Positions 13,939 through 25,584 are shown, counted from the stretch's first letter. The stretch: 64,000 nucleotides of DNA from Escherichia coli (GCF_030013595.1 NZ_CP122768.1), one strand, 5' to 3'. A program made the numbers and translations. The notes: generated by a model from the sequence alone, not told the origin.

Positions 13939-15224
13939 AGCGCGGTTGCTCCCTTAATGCCATCTTTCAGCAAGTTGATCAGTCCAATTTTCTTCGCGTG
14001 TCCCATGATCATTTTGCGTACCGGTTGGTTAGGTTTGCCGTCGATGGTGAACATCTCGTTCATGATGTCGGCGACCATTCGTGGGTATTGGCTAAACAGG
14101 CGCGGGTTTTCCATCAGCGCCGGGATCTTGCGGAAATGCTGCATATCGCGCATAACACAACTTTGTTCCAGCTCACGTTTGTATTGCGCCAGACTGCTGG
14201 CGGAGAAATCCGCGCGTTCTTTGGCGGCGATCACCGTTGTGGCGGCAGCCTGAGCCGATGCAATGGCTAAATCCATGCCGCGGACTGTAAAACCCAAATT
14301 CAGGCAGAAGCCTGCGGCGTCACCAACGATCATCACGCCCTCGTTAACCAGTTGCGGCACCATTGCCAGACCGCCTTCCGGCACCATATGCGCGGAATAT
14401 TCAAGCAGTTTGCCGCCGCTGATCAGCGGGCGAATGGCGGGGTGTTGTTTAAAATCTTCCAGCATTTGCGGCACGCTTTTTTGCGCATGGGCGATATCAC
14501 CCAATCCACAAACCAGCCCCAACGATACGGAATCATTGTTGGTATAGAGGAATCCGCCACCCATCAGGCCGTCCGAAGGGGAACCGGCAAACAGCCAGGC
14601 GGCACCTTCCTCGCCCGTAACATTAAAGCGATCGTTGATCTGTTCTGGTGTGAGGCCAATAACCTCTTTAACACCAACAGCGTAATGATGCGGATCGGAA
14701 GCGGGAACCATTCCCAGCGAGCGGCCAAGCATCGAGTTAACGCCATCAGCCAGAATCACCACATTCGCTTCGAGAATATCATCCCCGGCCTGCACGCCAG
14801 TGACCTTGTTTCCTTCACGAACCAGCGCATCGACACGAACGCCCGGGATAAACTGCGCGCCAGCCTGTTCGGCTTGATCCATCAACCACGGGTCCAGACG
14901 ATTACGCAATACGGTATAAGACGCGTGTTGCGGAACATCTGGTTGCTCGCGGTGAAAATCGAGGGTAACGGCACTCTCTTCGGTTAAGAAGGAGATTTTC
15001 TCGCGTGTGACCTTGCGTTCTACCGGCGCTGATGCTGCAAAGCCTGGAATGATCGCTTCAAGTGTGTGGGCATAAAGACGCCCGCCGGTCATGTTTTTAC
15101 ATCCGGCACTGTCGCCGCGTTCTATCACCAGGACATCCAGCCCGGCTCGCGCCATGACCAGTGCGGCAACGCTACCAGCAACGCCCGCACCGACCACAAT
15201 GGCATCAAATTTGTCATCCGACAT
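13935..15224 (-). CDS. ydiS: FixC-like ETF-quinone oxidoreductase flavoprotein
   Basis: 429-aa ORF with N-terminal FAD fold GAGVAGS. Confidence 0.85.
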   Translation of the reverse strand: MSDDKFDAIVVGAGVAGSVAALVMARAGLDVLVIERGDSAGCKNMTGGRLYAHTLEAIIPGFAASAPVERKVTREKISFLTEESAVTLDFHREQPDVPQHASYTVLRNRLDPWLMDQAEQAGAQFIPGVRVDALVREGNKVTGVQAGDDILEANVVILADGVNSMLGRSLGMVPASDPHHYAVGVKEVIGLTPEQINDRFNVTGEEGAAWLFAGSPSDGLMGGGFLYTNNDSVSLGLVCGLGDIAHAQKSVPQMLEDFKQHPAIRPLISGGKLLEYSAHMVPEGGLAMVPQLVNEGVMIVGDAAGFCLNLGFTVRGMDLAIASAQAAATTVIAAKERADFSASSLAQYKRELEQSCVMRDMQHFRKIPALMENPRLFSQYPRMVADIMNEMFTIDGKPNQPVRKMIMGHAKKIGLINLLKDGIKGATAL

Positions 15225-15279
15225 GCGTTATGCTCCCTTCCCGCTGCGTTTACAGCGGGAGATGTGGTTGAAAGGGGAA

Positions 15280-16218
15280 TTAGCGGCTCAACTGGCTAAT
15301 CAGGGCAGGGACGACTTTGTAGATATCGCCCACCAGACCGTAGTCGGCATAGTTGAAGATTGGCGCATTTTTATCTTTATTGATGGCGACAATCACTTTT
15401 GCGCCGTTGCCGCCAACCATATGCTGGATCTGCCCGGAGATCCCCAGCGTCAGGTAGAGATCGGATTTCAGCAACACGCCGGAGACACCGATATAACGTT
15501 CACGCTCCATCCAGTTCTCGCCTTCGGCAATTGGACGTGAACAGCCGACTTCAGCATTCAGCACCGCCGCCAGTTCGTGGACCATTTTCAGGTCATCCTG
15601 CGCTGCCAGACCACGACCGACGCCAACCACACGTTTTGCTTTGCTCAGGTCCACGCTGCTTGCCGCTTTCGCACGGCGTTCGCGACAGAGAATTTCATGA
15701 CGCGGGGCAACATAAGGTACCGTTTCTGTCGGGCACTGATGAGAGGTATCACTGGTGCACGGTTCCTGAACACCGGGCGCAAGGGTAATGATCGCCAGCG
15801 GGCTGTTGATCTTTTCCTGTGCGAACGCTAACCCGCCATACATCCGGTGTTCGGCGCAAATGTGACCATCGACAATATCCACCGCCGTGGCATCGTTCAC
15901 CAGCGCCGCATTCAGTTGCACACTTAACCGTGCTGCCAGAGCTTTACCGCGTTTCGTCGCGGCCAGCAGCAACATAGAAGGGTGTTTATCTTTCAGCAGG
16001 GCAGCAATGCTTTCGGCGTAATTTTCAGTACGTTGCAGCGCATCATTTTGCTCAAGAACATAAATACATTTTGGACCATAAGGCATAACTGCCTGCGCCT
16101 GGTCGGTATTTTGTACAATGGCATACACCTGTTGGCCCCATTGCTGCGCGCCGCTAAACAATTCAGCATAACGTTCAGGATTATCGCTAAAGACCCAGAC
16201 GCTGTTTAATTGACTCAT
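15280..16218 (-). CDS. ydiR: electron transfer flavoprotein alpha subunit (FixB-like)
   Basis: 312-aa ORF recognised as ETF alpha. Confidence 0.85.
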   Translation of the reverse strand: MSQLNSVWVFSDNPERYAELFSGAQQWGQQVYAIVQNTDQAQAVMPYGPKCIYVLEQNDALQRTENYAESIAALLKDKHPSMLLLAATKRGKALAARLSVQLNAALVNDATAVDIVDGHICAEHRMYGGLAFAQEKINSPLAIITLAPGVQEPCTSDTSHQCPTETVPYVAPRHEILCRERRAKAASSVDLSKAKRVVGVGRGLAAQDDLKMVHELAAVLNAEVGCSRPIAEGENWMERERYIGVSGVLLKSDLYLTLGISGQIQHMVGGNGAKVIVAINKDKNAPIFNYADYGLVGDIYKVVPALISQLSR

Positions 16219-16237
16219 CGTTTCTTCTCCGTAGGCT

Positions 16238-17002
16238 TCAGTTCAGGGCTTTCTTCAGATGTTCCGCCAGCTCGGCAATGGCCTCCGGCGAATCGTTATC
16301 GAGAATGATGTGCTTACGTTCTGTTTGCGGCGGTACGCGAATGCTGGTCAGTTCAGCAAGTGGTGCGCTCTGGCTCCAGCCAATATCACTTGCCTGCCAC
16401 TGATTTACCGGTTTTTTACCCGCGCCGAGAATGGCTTTCATCGAAGGAATGCGTGGCACGTTAATATCGGAGGTGACGCAGAGCACGGCTGGAACAGAGA
16501 GTTCAATAACTTCAACATCATCTTCAAGCATGCGTTCAATCACCAGTGTATTGCCCTGACGCTGAATAGCACTCACTGCATTAATCACCGGAAGTTGCAG
16601 AATTTCTCCGACCAGCAAGCCAACCTGCTGGGCATAAAGGTCGCCGGAACCTTCACCAAAGATCAGTAAATCGAAGCCGATCTTTTCAACTGCTGCCGCC
16701 AGCGCCTTTGCGGTATCGAGAGGCAGTGCATGTTCAAGTTGCGCATCCTGCACCAAATACAGGCTATGCGGCCCGCGGGATAGCACGTCTTTACGCACTT
16801 TCGAGTTCTGCAACAATGAGCCGCCAATGGTCAGCGCGGCTATCTCATCGTCATCTGTTGCAATCTGGCTTGCAGCTTCAATGGCATTGAGATCGAACTG
16901 GCTGATTTTGGCGTCGGCATTGTCGAAATTCAGGGTATATTCTGGAGTGACAACAATGTCCTGTTCTTCAGGCACCAGCTTAAAGCAGGTTATTATTTTC
17001 AT
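16238..17002 (-). CDS. ydiQ: electron transfer flavoprotein beta subunit (FixA-like)
   Basis: 254-aa ORF starting MKIITCFKLVPEEQ inside the longer track ORF. Confidence 0.85.
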   Translation of the reverse strand: MKIITCFKLVPEEQDIVVTPEYTLNFDNADAKISQFDLNAIEAASQIATDDDEIAALTIGGSLLQNSKVRKDVLSRGPHSLYLVQDAQLEHALPLDTAKALAAAVEKIGFDLLIFGEGSGDLYAQQVGLLVGEILQLPVINAVSAIQRQGNTLVIERMLEDDVEVIELSVPAVLCVTSDINVPRIPSMKAILGAGKKPVNQWQASDIGWSQSAPLAELTSIRVPPQTERKHIILDNDSPEAIAELAEHLKKALN

Positions 17003-17317
17003 GATTTCTCCTGTGAGTCGCATACGGAACCATCTCCGATGGAAGGTAAAAATGGCCTGAAAATAGTGTGCGATAGCGGTGCGGGGTTTTCGACGGAGCA
17101 AGCTGTTTTCCTTGCCAACAATCTTGCAAAAAAAATGCGATCGCTAAAACAAAAGTGCAATTTGCGGCAATATAGTTATTCCATGACCGTACAATCTTGC
17201 ATTCAGTGTAAATAATCTTGTTTAGCTCTCGCTAAACGCGGTTGTATAACCGCAATACACGCCGTATTTTATCCGGCATATATTGTTTTTGCTTGCTCAT
17301 GGAATAGGGAGGTTATC

Positions 17318-18229
17318 ATGTATCAACGCTGTTTTGATAACGCCAGCGAAACGCTGTTTGTCGCCGGTAAAACGCCACGGCTTTCACGTTTTGCATTTAG
17401 CGATGATCCAAAATGGGAGTCCGGACATCACGTTCATGACAATGAAACCGAGTTAATTTACGTCAAGAAAGGGGTAGCAAGGTTTACCATCGATTCTTCG
17501 TTATATGTCGCGCACGCCGATGACATTGTGGTGATAGAACGTGGCAGGCTGCATGCGGTGGCCTCTGACGTTAACGATCCGGCAACGACGTGTACCTGTG
17601 CGCTGTACGGCTTTCAGTTTCAGGGGGCTGAGGAAAATCAGCTACTGCAACCGCATTCTTGCCCGGTAATTGCCGCAGGGCAGGGAAAAGAAGTTATTAA
17701 AACCTTATTTAATGAGCTAAGTGTGATTTTGCCGCAAAGTAAAAATAGCCAAACATCTTCGTTATGGGACGCATTTGCCTATACGTTAGCAATTCTTTAC
17801 TATGAAAACTTTAAAAATGCTTATCGTTCGGAGCAGGGATATATTAAAAAAGATGTTCTGATAAAAGATATTCTTTTCTATCTGAATAATAACTATCGCG
17901 AAAAAATCACTTTAGAGCAGTTATCGAAAAAGTTTCGTGCCAGCGTCAGTTATATTTGCCATGAATTTACCAAAGAGTATCGCATTTCCCCTATTAACTA
18001 TGTTATTCAACGGCGTATGACGGAAGCGAAATGGTCACTCACTAATACTGAATTATCACAGGCAGAGATCTCCTGGCGTGTGGGTTATGAAAATGTCGAT
18101 CACTTTGCCAAACTGTTTTTGCGCCATGTCGGCTGTTCGCCCAGCGATTACCGCAGGCAATTTAAAAACTGTTTTGCGGAACAAGAAATCTTATCTGAAT
18201 TTCCTCAACCGGTAAGTCTTGCCGGATAA
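17318..18229 (+). CDS. ydiP: AraC-family transcriptional regulator, divergent from ydiQ
   Basis: 303-aa ORF with C-terminal AraC-type HTH. Confidence 0.85.
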   Translation: MYQRCFDNASETLFVAGKTPRLSRFAFSDDPKWESGHHVHDNETELIYVKKGVARFTIDSSLYVAHADDIVVIERGRLHAVASDVNDPATTCTCALYGFQFQGAEENQLLQPHSCPVIAAGQGKEVIKTLFNELSVILPQSKNSQTSSLWDAFAYTLAILYYENFKNAYRSEQGYIKKDVLIKDILFYLNNNYREKITLEQLSKKFRASVSYICHEFTKEYRISPINYVIQRRMTEAKWSLTNTELSQAEISWRVGYENVDHFAKLFLRHVGCSPSDYRRQFKNCFAEQEILSEFPQPVSLAG

Positions 18230-18271
18230 ATCTGGCGGCGCAGTTTGTTAAGAAGCTGCGCCGCCTGCAGA

Positions 18272-19423
18272 TTATTTGTTCTGATAATCTTTCAGGATCT
18301 GCCGACCCGCTACGTAAATCATAATTTCGTCTGTACCGCCGCCGATACGTTCACAACGGACATCACGCCAGAAGCGAGAGACGCGCGCCTCATCGGTATA
18401 GCCCAGACCGCCCATGATTTGAATCGCATCATCAATAACTTCCATTGCGGTACGTGCGCAGTACAGTTTTGCCAGCGCCGCGCTGGTGCGCAGTGACTGA
18501 TGCTGATCGGCTTGCCATGCCACTTTCAGCACCATGTTGCGCATGTTGTCGATCTTAATCGCCATCAGCGCCAGTTTTTCCTGGATCATCTGGTTATGAC
18601 CAATGGGCTTACCAAAAGCGATACGTTGGTTGGCATAGCGGGCGGCATCTTCAAAGGCACACTCGGCAAAGCCGGTGCTGCGCGCGGCGTTGATCAGGCG
18701 CTCCATCTCAAAGTTATACATCACATTGAGGAAACCCATTCCTTCTTCGCCCACCATGTCGCTCTCTTCAACTTCCACGTTGTCGAGATAGACTTCGCAG
18801 GTGCTGAGCATATGCCAGCCGATTTTATGCAGCGGGTTAATCTTAATGCCGGGCTTACTGGAGTCGACCCACCACAGGGTGAAGGCTTTTTTGGGATCTT
18901 TCGGTTCTGGATCGCGCGCCAGCACCAGCATATACGGGTACTCTTTCGCACCGGTAATAAAGGTTTTCTGTCCGTTGATGTAAACCTTGCCGTTTTTACG
19001 CGTGTAAGTGGTGGTGGCGCTGTTGTTATCTGAGCCTGCGCCTGGTTCCGTCAATGCCAGGGCATAGGCGGGATCACCCGTTTCCAGGGTGCTTTCCGCC
19101 GTTTTACGTAGCTGCTCTGCAGAACCGAAACGGCGCATACTGTGAATACATTGACCGTTGGTGATCAAAAATGCCGGGGCACCGCATTTTGACACTTCCA
19201 TCAGCGCCAGCATCTGGGTGACGTAATCCGCAGGGATGCCACCAAATTCTTCCGGCACGCCAAGCATAGAAATGCCGTTATCCGCCAGCGCCCGCATAAA
19301 CTCACGCGGGTATGTCCCGTTTTGATCGCAGGTGCGGAAATACTCTTCCGGGAAGTTGGTCGTAATCAACTCGCGAATACTGGCCAGCAGCAGTTCTTGT
19401 TCTTCAGTTAAAGAAAAATCCAT
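18272..19423 (-). CDS. ydiO: acyl-CoA dehydrogenase family protein
   Basis: 383-aa ORF from MDFSLTEEQ (track ORF has an 18-codon upstream extension). Confidence 0.85.
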   Translation of the reverse strand: MDFSLTEEQELLLASIRELITTNFPEEYFRTCDQNGTYPREFMRALADNGISMLGVPEEFGGIPADYVTQMLALMEVSKCGAPAFLITNGQCIHSMRRFGSAEQLRKTAESTLETGDPAYALALTEPGAGSDNNSATTTYTRKNGKVYINGQKTFITGAKEYPYMLVLARDPEPKDPKKAFTLWWVDSSKPGIKINPLHKIGWHMLSTCEVYLDNVEVEESDMVGEEGMGFLNVMYNFEMERLINAARSTGFAECAFEDAARYANQRIAFGKPIGHNQMIQEKLALMAIKIDNMRNMVLKVAWQADQHQSLRTSAALAKLYCARTAMEVIDDAIQIMGGLGYTDEARVSRFWRDVRCERIGGGTDEIMIYVAGRQILKDYQNK

Positions 19424-19436
19424 CATTATACTCCTG

Positions 19437-21032
19437 TTAATGAGCCGCTTCAGGCAGGACAAAACCCATCGCCGCATCGATAAATAATCTTTCGTCCATC
19501 AGTTTGAGTTCTGGCGAAATCACTGGGGTGAAATCCATTTTGTCGAGAATATCTTTTTGTAAATCGACGCCAGGGGCGATTTCGATTAAATGCAGGCCGT
19601 CTTCTTTCAGCGTGAATACTGCGCGCTCAGTGATATAACGAACATCCAGCCCTCGCTCGAGAGCGATTTTTCCGCTGAAAGTAATTTCCGGTAGTTCCCG
19701 AATAAATTTCTTCACCCGTCCTTCCTGGACGATATTTAATTTGCCGTCGGTAATTTCTGTTTTTAAACTGCCCGCAGTTAATGTGCCGCAGAAAACGATT
19801 TTCTTCGAAGTGGCACTGATATCAATAAATCCACCGGTGCCCATGATTTTACCATTGAATTTATGCACGCCGACGTTACCGTGCTGGTCGACTTCAGCAA
19901 AACTCAAGTAACAAACATCCAGACCGCCACCGTGATAAAAATCAAACTGGGACGTCATATCCAGAATGGCGCGGGTATTCACGTTCGCGCCAAAGGCGAT
20001 CCCCTGTGAAGTAATTCCGCCAATCGGACCTGTTTCTACCGTCAGAATAAAGTCATCAGCACAACCTTCTTCCCGGGCGACCAGGCCAATGCCGTCAGCA
20101 ATACCGACGCCGACATTCCCCACCGCGCCTTTGCGCATTTCGAATAATGCGCGCCGCGCAACTAATTTACGTTGGTTTAGGGGCAGGCTAAGTTTGGTGC
20201 TTTCATCAAGGGTGAAGTCACCAGAAATAAAGCGGTTAACCGGTGCACCGCCATACAGTTGGGTTTGATCCGGATCGACCACCACAATATCCACCAGATA
20301 ACCCGGAATACGGACAGATTTAGGATGCAGCGTGGCTTTCTTAACCATTTTCTGCACCTGCATCATCACAATACCGCCGTTATTGTGCACCGCCTGGGCA
20401 ATAACCAATGCGTCGAGATACATCACCTCATCTTCAAAAGTGGCGTAGCCTTCGCTGTCGCAGGTGGTAGCGCGAATGAAGGCAATATCTGGCGCTATCG
20501 CTTTGTAATAGAGATATTCTTTGTTTTCAAACTCGACCAGTTTAATCAGGTCTTCTTTAGTGACTTCATTCAGTTTGCCGCCTTGCTGGCGTGGATCGAC
20601 AAATGTTCCGATGCCAATATCACTAATAATACCAGGCTGGTGGGCTGCGGCGGCGCGTAAGGTTTGTGTAAGTACACCTTGTGGATAGTTATAAGCAATA
20701 ATTTTATTTTGTTCTGCGAGATCAGAAATACGCGGCGATTGTCCCCAGTGACCGCATAATGCCCATTTCACCAGACCTTCTTGCGCCAGCGGACTAATAC
20801 CGCGATCGGCGCGATCGCCAAGCCCTGTTGGACTAATAATCGATAAATTACGTGGCGTTTGAGTCTGTTTATATTTATCAGCAAGAGCAGTAATTAACGT
20901 GGTGGCTTCCAGAATACCGCCGCCAGCGCCTAACACACAAAGTGTTGCTTCGTCGGGAATATAATTCACCGCTTCCTGTGCCGACAGGACCGGCACTCGT
21001 CCATTAATACGAGGTGGTTTTACAGGTTTCAT
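19437..21032 (-). CDS. ydiF: fused alpha/beta acetate CoA-transferase
   Basis: 531-aa ORF recognised as family-I CoA-transferase. Confidence 0.85.
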   Translation of the reverse strand: MKPVKPPRINGRVPVLSAQEAVNYIPDEATLCVLGAGGGILEATTLITALADKYKQTQTPRNLSIISPTGLGDRADRGISPLAQEGLVKWALCGHWGQSPRISDLAEQNKIIAYNYPQGVLTQTLRAAAAHQPGIISDIGIGTFVDPRQQGGKLNEVTKEDLIKLVEFENKEYLYYKAIAPDIAFIRATTCDSEGYATFEDEVMYLDALVIAQAVHNNGGIVMMQVQKMVKKATLHPKSVRIPGYLVDIVVVDPDQTQLYGGAPVNRFISGDFTLDESTKLSLPLNQRKLVARRALFEMRKGAVGNVGVGIADGIGLVAREEGCADDFILTVETGPIGGITSQGIAFGANVNTRAILDMTSQFDFYHGGGLDVCYLSFAEVDQHGNVGVHKFNGKIMGTGGFIDISATSKKIVFCGTLTAGSLKTEITDGKLNIVQEGRVKKFIRELPEITFSGKIALERGLDVRYITERAVFTLKEDGLHLIEIAPGVDLQKDILDKMDFTPVISPELKLMDERLFIDAAMGFVLPEAAH

Positions 21033-21111
21033 TGTTAATTCCTGATACAGGTGTGATTTTCCCTACGCCAGATGGAGAATTAGCGCACAGAGACTCACGA
21101 AATATTATTGC

Positions 21112-21870
21112 TTATGCCTGATGTAAAATAGTTAATACTGTGCGCAAATCATTTACCGAGATTTGCCCTGGCGCAGAGGCTTTTTTTACCGCACCAAAAG
21201 TTGCCGCCGAGCCAAATACTTCACCAGCCAGACGAGAAATTACGCCAGTTTTTGCCATCGACATCGTGATGATTGGACGATCGGCATACTGCTCCTGCAT
21301 CTCCAGGGTCGCGGCAAGCAACGTCAGCACATCGCTGGTACTTTGCGGCATCAGCGCAATCTTAGGAATATCGGCGTCGAAGGACTGCATTTTGCGCAGA
21401 CGGGCAATGATTTCTTCGGCTTCCGGCGTTTTATGGAAGTCATGGTTGGACATGACAACTTTCACATCATGCGCGTGGGCGTAGGCGACGGTTTCTTTAA
21501 CCTGATCATCGCCGGTAAATAACTCCAGATCGATCATATCAACCAGGCCACTATCGATGGCTGCACGATTGAGTGCAATATATGCCTCGGTGGAAATCGC
21601 CTGCTCGCCGCCTTCTTTGGCACTGCGGAAGGTAAACAGCAGCGGTTTTTCTGGCATGGTTTCACGGAGAATTTTTGCTGCCGCCATGACAGACTCCACA
21701 TTGGAGAGGTCGGCATAGTGGTCCACACGCCATTCCAGAATATCAAAGTCCGCTTCACGATAGGCGAGAGCTTCGGATTTCACGCTGGCGATATCTTTCG
21801 CCATCAGCGAGACGATGATTTTAGGTGCGCCCGTACCAATGACGAGATCTTTTACAGTTACGGTTTTCAT
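21112..21870 (-). CDS. aroD: 3-dehydroquinate dehydratase, type I
   Basis: 252-aa ORF recognised as AroD. Confidence 0.95.
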   Translation of the reverse strand: MKTVTVKDLVIGTGAPKIIVSLMAKDIASVKSEALAYREADFDILEWRVDHYADLSNVESVMAAAKILRETMPEKPLLFTFRSAKEGGEQAISTEAYIALNRAAIDSGLVDMIDLELFTGDDQVKETVAYAHAHDVKVVMSNHDFHKTPEAEEIIARLRKMQSFDADIPKIALMPQSTSDVLTLLAATLEMQEQYADRPIITMSMAKTGVISRLAGEVFGSAATFGAVKKASAPGQISVNDLRTVLTILHQA

Positions 21871-21900
21871 TTTTTACCCTTTCTGCACGCGGTCAGCCTG

Positions 21901-22767
21901 TCAGGCACCGAACCCCATGACCTGTTTAACATATTCCAGAGGGAAATCTTTGCCAGTCCATAACGTGAACTGTTCAGCCCCTTGCCACAACAACATGCCG
22001 TATCCATCAATCGTTTTGCAACCAGCTTGTTGCGCCTGCTGCAATAACTTCGTCATATGCGGGTTATACACGCATTCAGTGACCAGAAGTCCCGGATGTA
22101 ACAGACTGATATCATTAACCAATGATTCATTCTCAAGGGGTTTCATACCCACTTTTGTGCCATTGGTTAAAATGTCGGCGGAAGCCAGGGCTTCAGCAAA
22201 GGCTTGCTGATCGGCGAGATCGGTGACCGTGACGACACAATCGGTGTTTTCGTTAACCCGCTGCGCGAAGGCGAGGGCTTTATCGAAGAACTCATCCCGA
22301 CGGTTAAAGAGTTTAATTTCTTTTAAACCTTCAATTGCCCCCTGCGCGCCAATCGCCGTTGAGGCACCTCCGGCCCCTAACAGCACCATCGTTTTGCCTT
22401 TGATATCAAAACCGCTCTCTTTAATGGCGCGAATATGGCCCGTGCCGTCGGTGTTATAGCCACGCAGATAGCCATCATCATTAACGATGGTGTTGATGGC
22501 ACCCACCAGTTTGGCCGCTGGCGTTAATTCATCAACATATTCACACGCCAGTTGTTTGTTCGGCATTGATACACCAGTTCCGCGCATTTTGAGGGCTTTT
22601 AATCCTTCAATTGCTCCGGGAAAACTATCGTTATCCACTTCAAAGGCCATATAGGTAAATGGCAATCCCGCTTTTTCTAAGGCTTTATTCTGCATTTCAG
22701 GCGATAAACTGTGGCGGATGGGATAGGCCATCAGCCCAATCAATTCGTATTTTGCGGTAACATCCAT
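21901..22767 (-). CDS. ydiB: quinate/shikimate dehydrogenase
   Basis: 288-aa ORF with Rossmann motif GAGGAS. Confidence 0.9.
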
Positions 22768-22778
22768 AATTAACTCCT

Positions 22779-24044
22779 TTAACCTCTATGCTTAATTGTG
22801 TTTAACCGGGTGCTAAATTTACGCTCGCCAAACCGCACATCATTTTCAGGAATAATGAAAACGCGGTAATAGCGGATAAAGACAATAATTGCGGTAATCA
22901 GGGCCAGCAGCGCGAAAGTAAAATCGAGAGCAATGATATATTGCAGGCCGATGTTCGACAGATAACCGGTAATCAGCGGAATAACAAAGTTAGCCAGTCC
23001 ACCCATCATCATATAAATACTGGTGACTTTGGCTTTGCTTTTGGGGAAAAACTCTGACATGACCGAAACGCCGAGCTGTAAAATGCCGCCAGCTGCTGAG
23101 AAACCGATAACAAAGGCTCCGGCATTACACACCAGTGGAGAAGGGTACAGGTAGATAATGGCTGCTGTTATTGTTGCCAGTGCAGAGTTAAATACATTAG
23201 CCCAGATGGGCCGGACCATTTTTTTCAGTAGTGCGGCAAAAATAAAGACACAGACCAACGAGCCCATACTGTAATAAGAGATGGTTTTTAATGCTTCAGC
23301 TTCTGACATACCAGCAAAAGCCATCGCATATTTGGGCATCCACACCACAATCACATAAAAGGTCGAGAATGCGGCTACACCGAACAGTACCGATGAAACA
23401 CCTTCCAGCCAGACTAACGGTTTGCTGTTCATTTGCGGTAATTCATGAGCTACGCTGGCGTCCACCAACTGGCTGGGGAATTTGCTTTTCAACAGCATCA
23501 GTGTGATCAGTACAAACAGAATACCCGGAATAATCAGCCCATAGCCGTACCAGATGTTATTGAGCAACATATAGCTCACCAGCATTGGGTAGAACATTTG
23601 CCCGAATGACACCATCGCTTTAACCAGTATGACCGCCGAACCAGAGGCTTTCGGAAAGCATTCCATGAGCGCGGGGTAGCCACCCGTATCCAGCGCTGAG
23701 TTAGCGATACCTACGCACACTGCCAGACAGTAGGCGAGAGTTAAATTCGGGCAAGCAGGGATACCAAAGAAGAATAGCAGATACATTATTACTGCCATTA
23801 ATATTACCGCCCGACGACCAAACTTATCGGAGATCACACCGAAGAATAAAATACTGATCAATCGCCCCAAACCGATACCGGAAATTAAATAGGCAATGCC
23901 CGCGTTGTCAGTGGAAAACTTTTCTGCCAGAGATGACATATTTTGGGCAAGCGTAATAACACTAATGCCGTGCAGGAAATAGCTGAAGTAAATACAAAGA
24001 ACAGCCAGGATAAATGGCGTGCTGAAAGCCTTATTTTGAGACAT
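22779..24044 (-). CDS. ydiN: MFS transporter
   Basis: 421-aa 12-TM ORF with MFS motif DKFGRR; paralogous to ydiM. Confidence 0.85.
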
Positions 24045-24270
24045 TTTCACAGCTCCTTGCTGAAAGATAATTTCGTTACCGTACGTATTGTTCTCCGACG
24101 GTTTACATAATTACTATACTGAAGATGATTTTCCCTGGGTACATGGCATATAGTTTATGTTTCCAGGAATATTGCATGTCATAGTTTGTTTTTGATCGCG
24201 ATTTTCCTTAGTTAGCGCAGAAAGAGTTATTTATCCGTAAGATCTTGCATGACCTGAAAAGAATATTGCA

Positions 24271-25485
24271 TTACCCACCCGGAGCGACATTTTCCTTTAG
24301 CGAGTGATGCCGCGTTTCTTTGCGGCTGCGTAAGCCGATAAACAGTGCCAGTAAAAAGCCGATGGCAGCGATGGCGGTATCGAACCACATAATATCGGCA
24401 ATACTTCTTTGGGACAGATGAGCCGTAATCAACGGAATGGTAAATGTTGCAATACTGCCCGCACTGTAATAGATCCCTGTAGCTTTACCTTTAGCATAGG
24501 GGAAACGTTCAGCCATTAACGTCAGGCCAATTTGCACAACACCTCCAGCAGAGGTAAAACCAATGACAAAAGCAAATATTATCACCACATAAAATGTGGG
24601 ATGCAGACAGACGGTAAACAGAGCAATAAATGAGATAAAGGTGTACAGCATCAGTAATGTTGTTGGGCGAACGGTATTACGAATGAGTGGAGCGGTAATA
24701 AATACACAAAGCAGCGAACCCACGGTGTAGATACTAAGTAGTTTGATCGACATAGTGTATGACATGCCTGCAACAAATTGTCCGTACTGTGCCAGCCACT
24801 GGCTAACCAGATAAAACGTTGCCATTGAGATATAGCCATATAAGGTATAACTGGCTAAATCGATAATTGAACAGCGATGTTCCGTAGAGCTGGTGGTTTT
24901 CTTTATGACAGGTAAGCGACGACCCGGATGGGGTGGGAACGTACAACGGCATAAAAACAGAGCGTTAATAAACATAATGCCTGCGGCAATCATAAAGGAC
25001 CAACCGAACCACAGTTCAGCCCACACTAACAGGATGATGATTAGCGGTAATAAAAATTGTCCGCTGGAAACAAATGCTTTAATTAAAATATTGGCTGTCC
25101 CCGGTGAGCGTGGAAAAGCTTCCATCAAACTGGGATAGGTGCCTGCATCGAGAAAACTGTTTGCCATTCCCGCCAGAAAGCCAAAAACATAAGCGATAAT
25201 GATGTTATTGGTGTGCAGGATGCCAAAAAAGAAGGCCATATAGCAGCACATCCCGAGCATGATAAAAGGGCGGCGACCAAAGCGATCGGATAATAATCCT
25301 GCAAAAAGCAAGACACTTAATCGACCAATGCCCAGTGATGAGATAACTATCGAGACGCCCGCGGCATTAGTCTGCCAAAGCGTCTCCAGCGAGGCCATAT
25401 TCAGGCTCATCAAAATGACGCCCATACCATGCACCAGGTAATTAAAATACAACCCCAGTGCGGTAGGGTAATAGGGATTTTTCAT
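24271..25485 (-). CDS. ydiM: MFS transporter
   Basis: 404-aa 12-TM ORF with MFS motif DRFGRR. Confidence 0.85.
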   Translation of the reverse strand: MKNPYYPTALGLYFNYLVHGMGVILMSLNMASLETLWQTNAAGVSIVISSLGIGRLSVLLFAGLLSDRFGRRPFIMLGMCCYMAFFFGILHTNNIIIAYVFGFLAGMANSFLDAGTYPSLMEAFPRSPGTANILIKAFVSSGQFLLPLIIILLVWAELWFGWSFMIAAGIMFINALFLCRCTFPPHPGRRLPVIKKTTSSTEHRCSIIDLASYTLYGYISMATFYLVSQWLAQYGQFVAGMSYTMSIKLLSIYTVGSLLCVFITAPLIRNTVRPTTLLMLYTFISFIALFTVCLHPTFYVVIIFAFVIGFTSAGGVVQIGLTLMAERFPYAKGKATGIYYSAGSIATFTIPLITAHLSQRSIADIMWFDTAIAAIGFLLALFIGLRSRKETRHHSLKENVAPGG

Positions 25486-25584
25486 AGGTTCTACTTAGCA
25501 AAGGTGCTTTAAAAAGTGTAGCGATGTTGTGTCAGTATCCGTTCATTATTGTTGTAACAACGACAATTCCTTTCTGTGGAGAAA

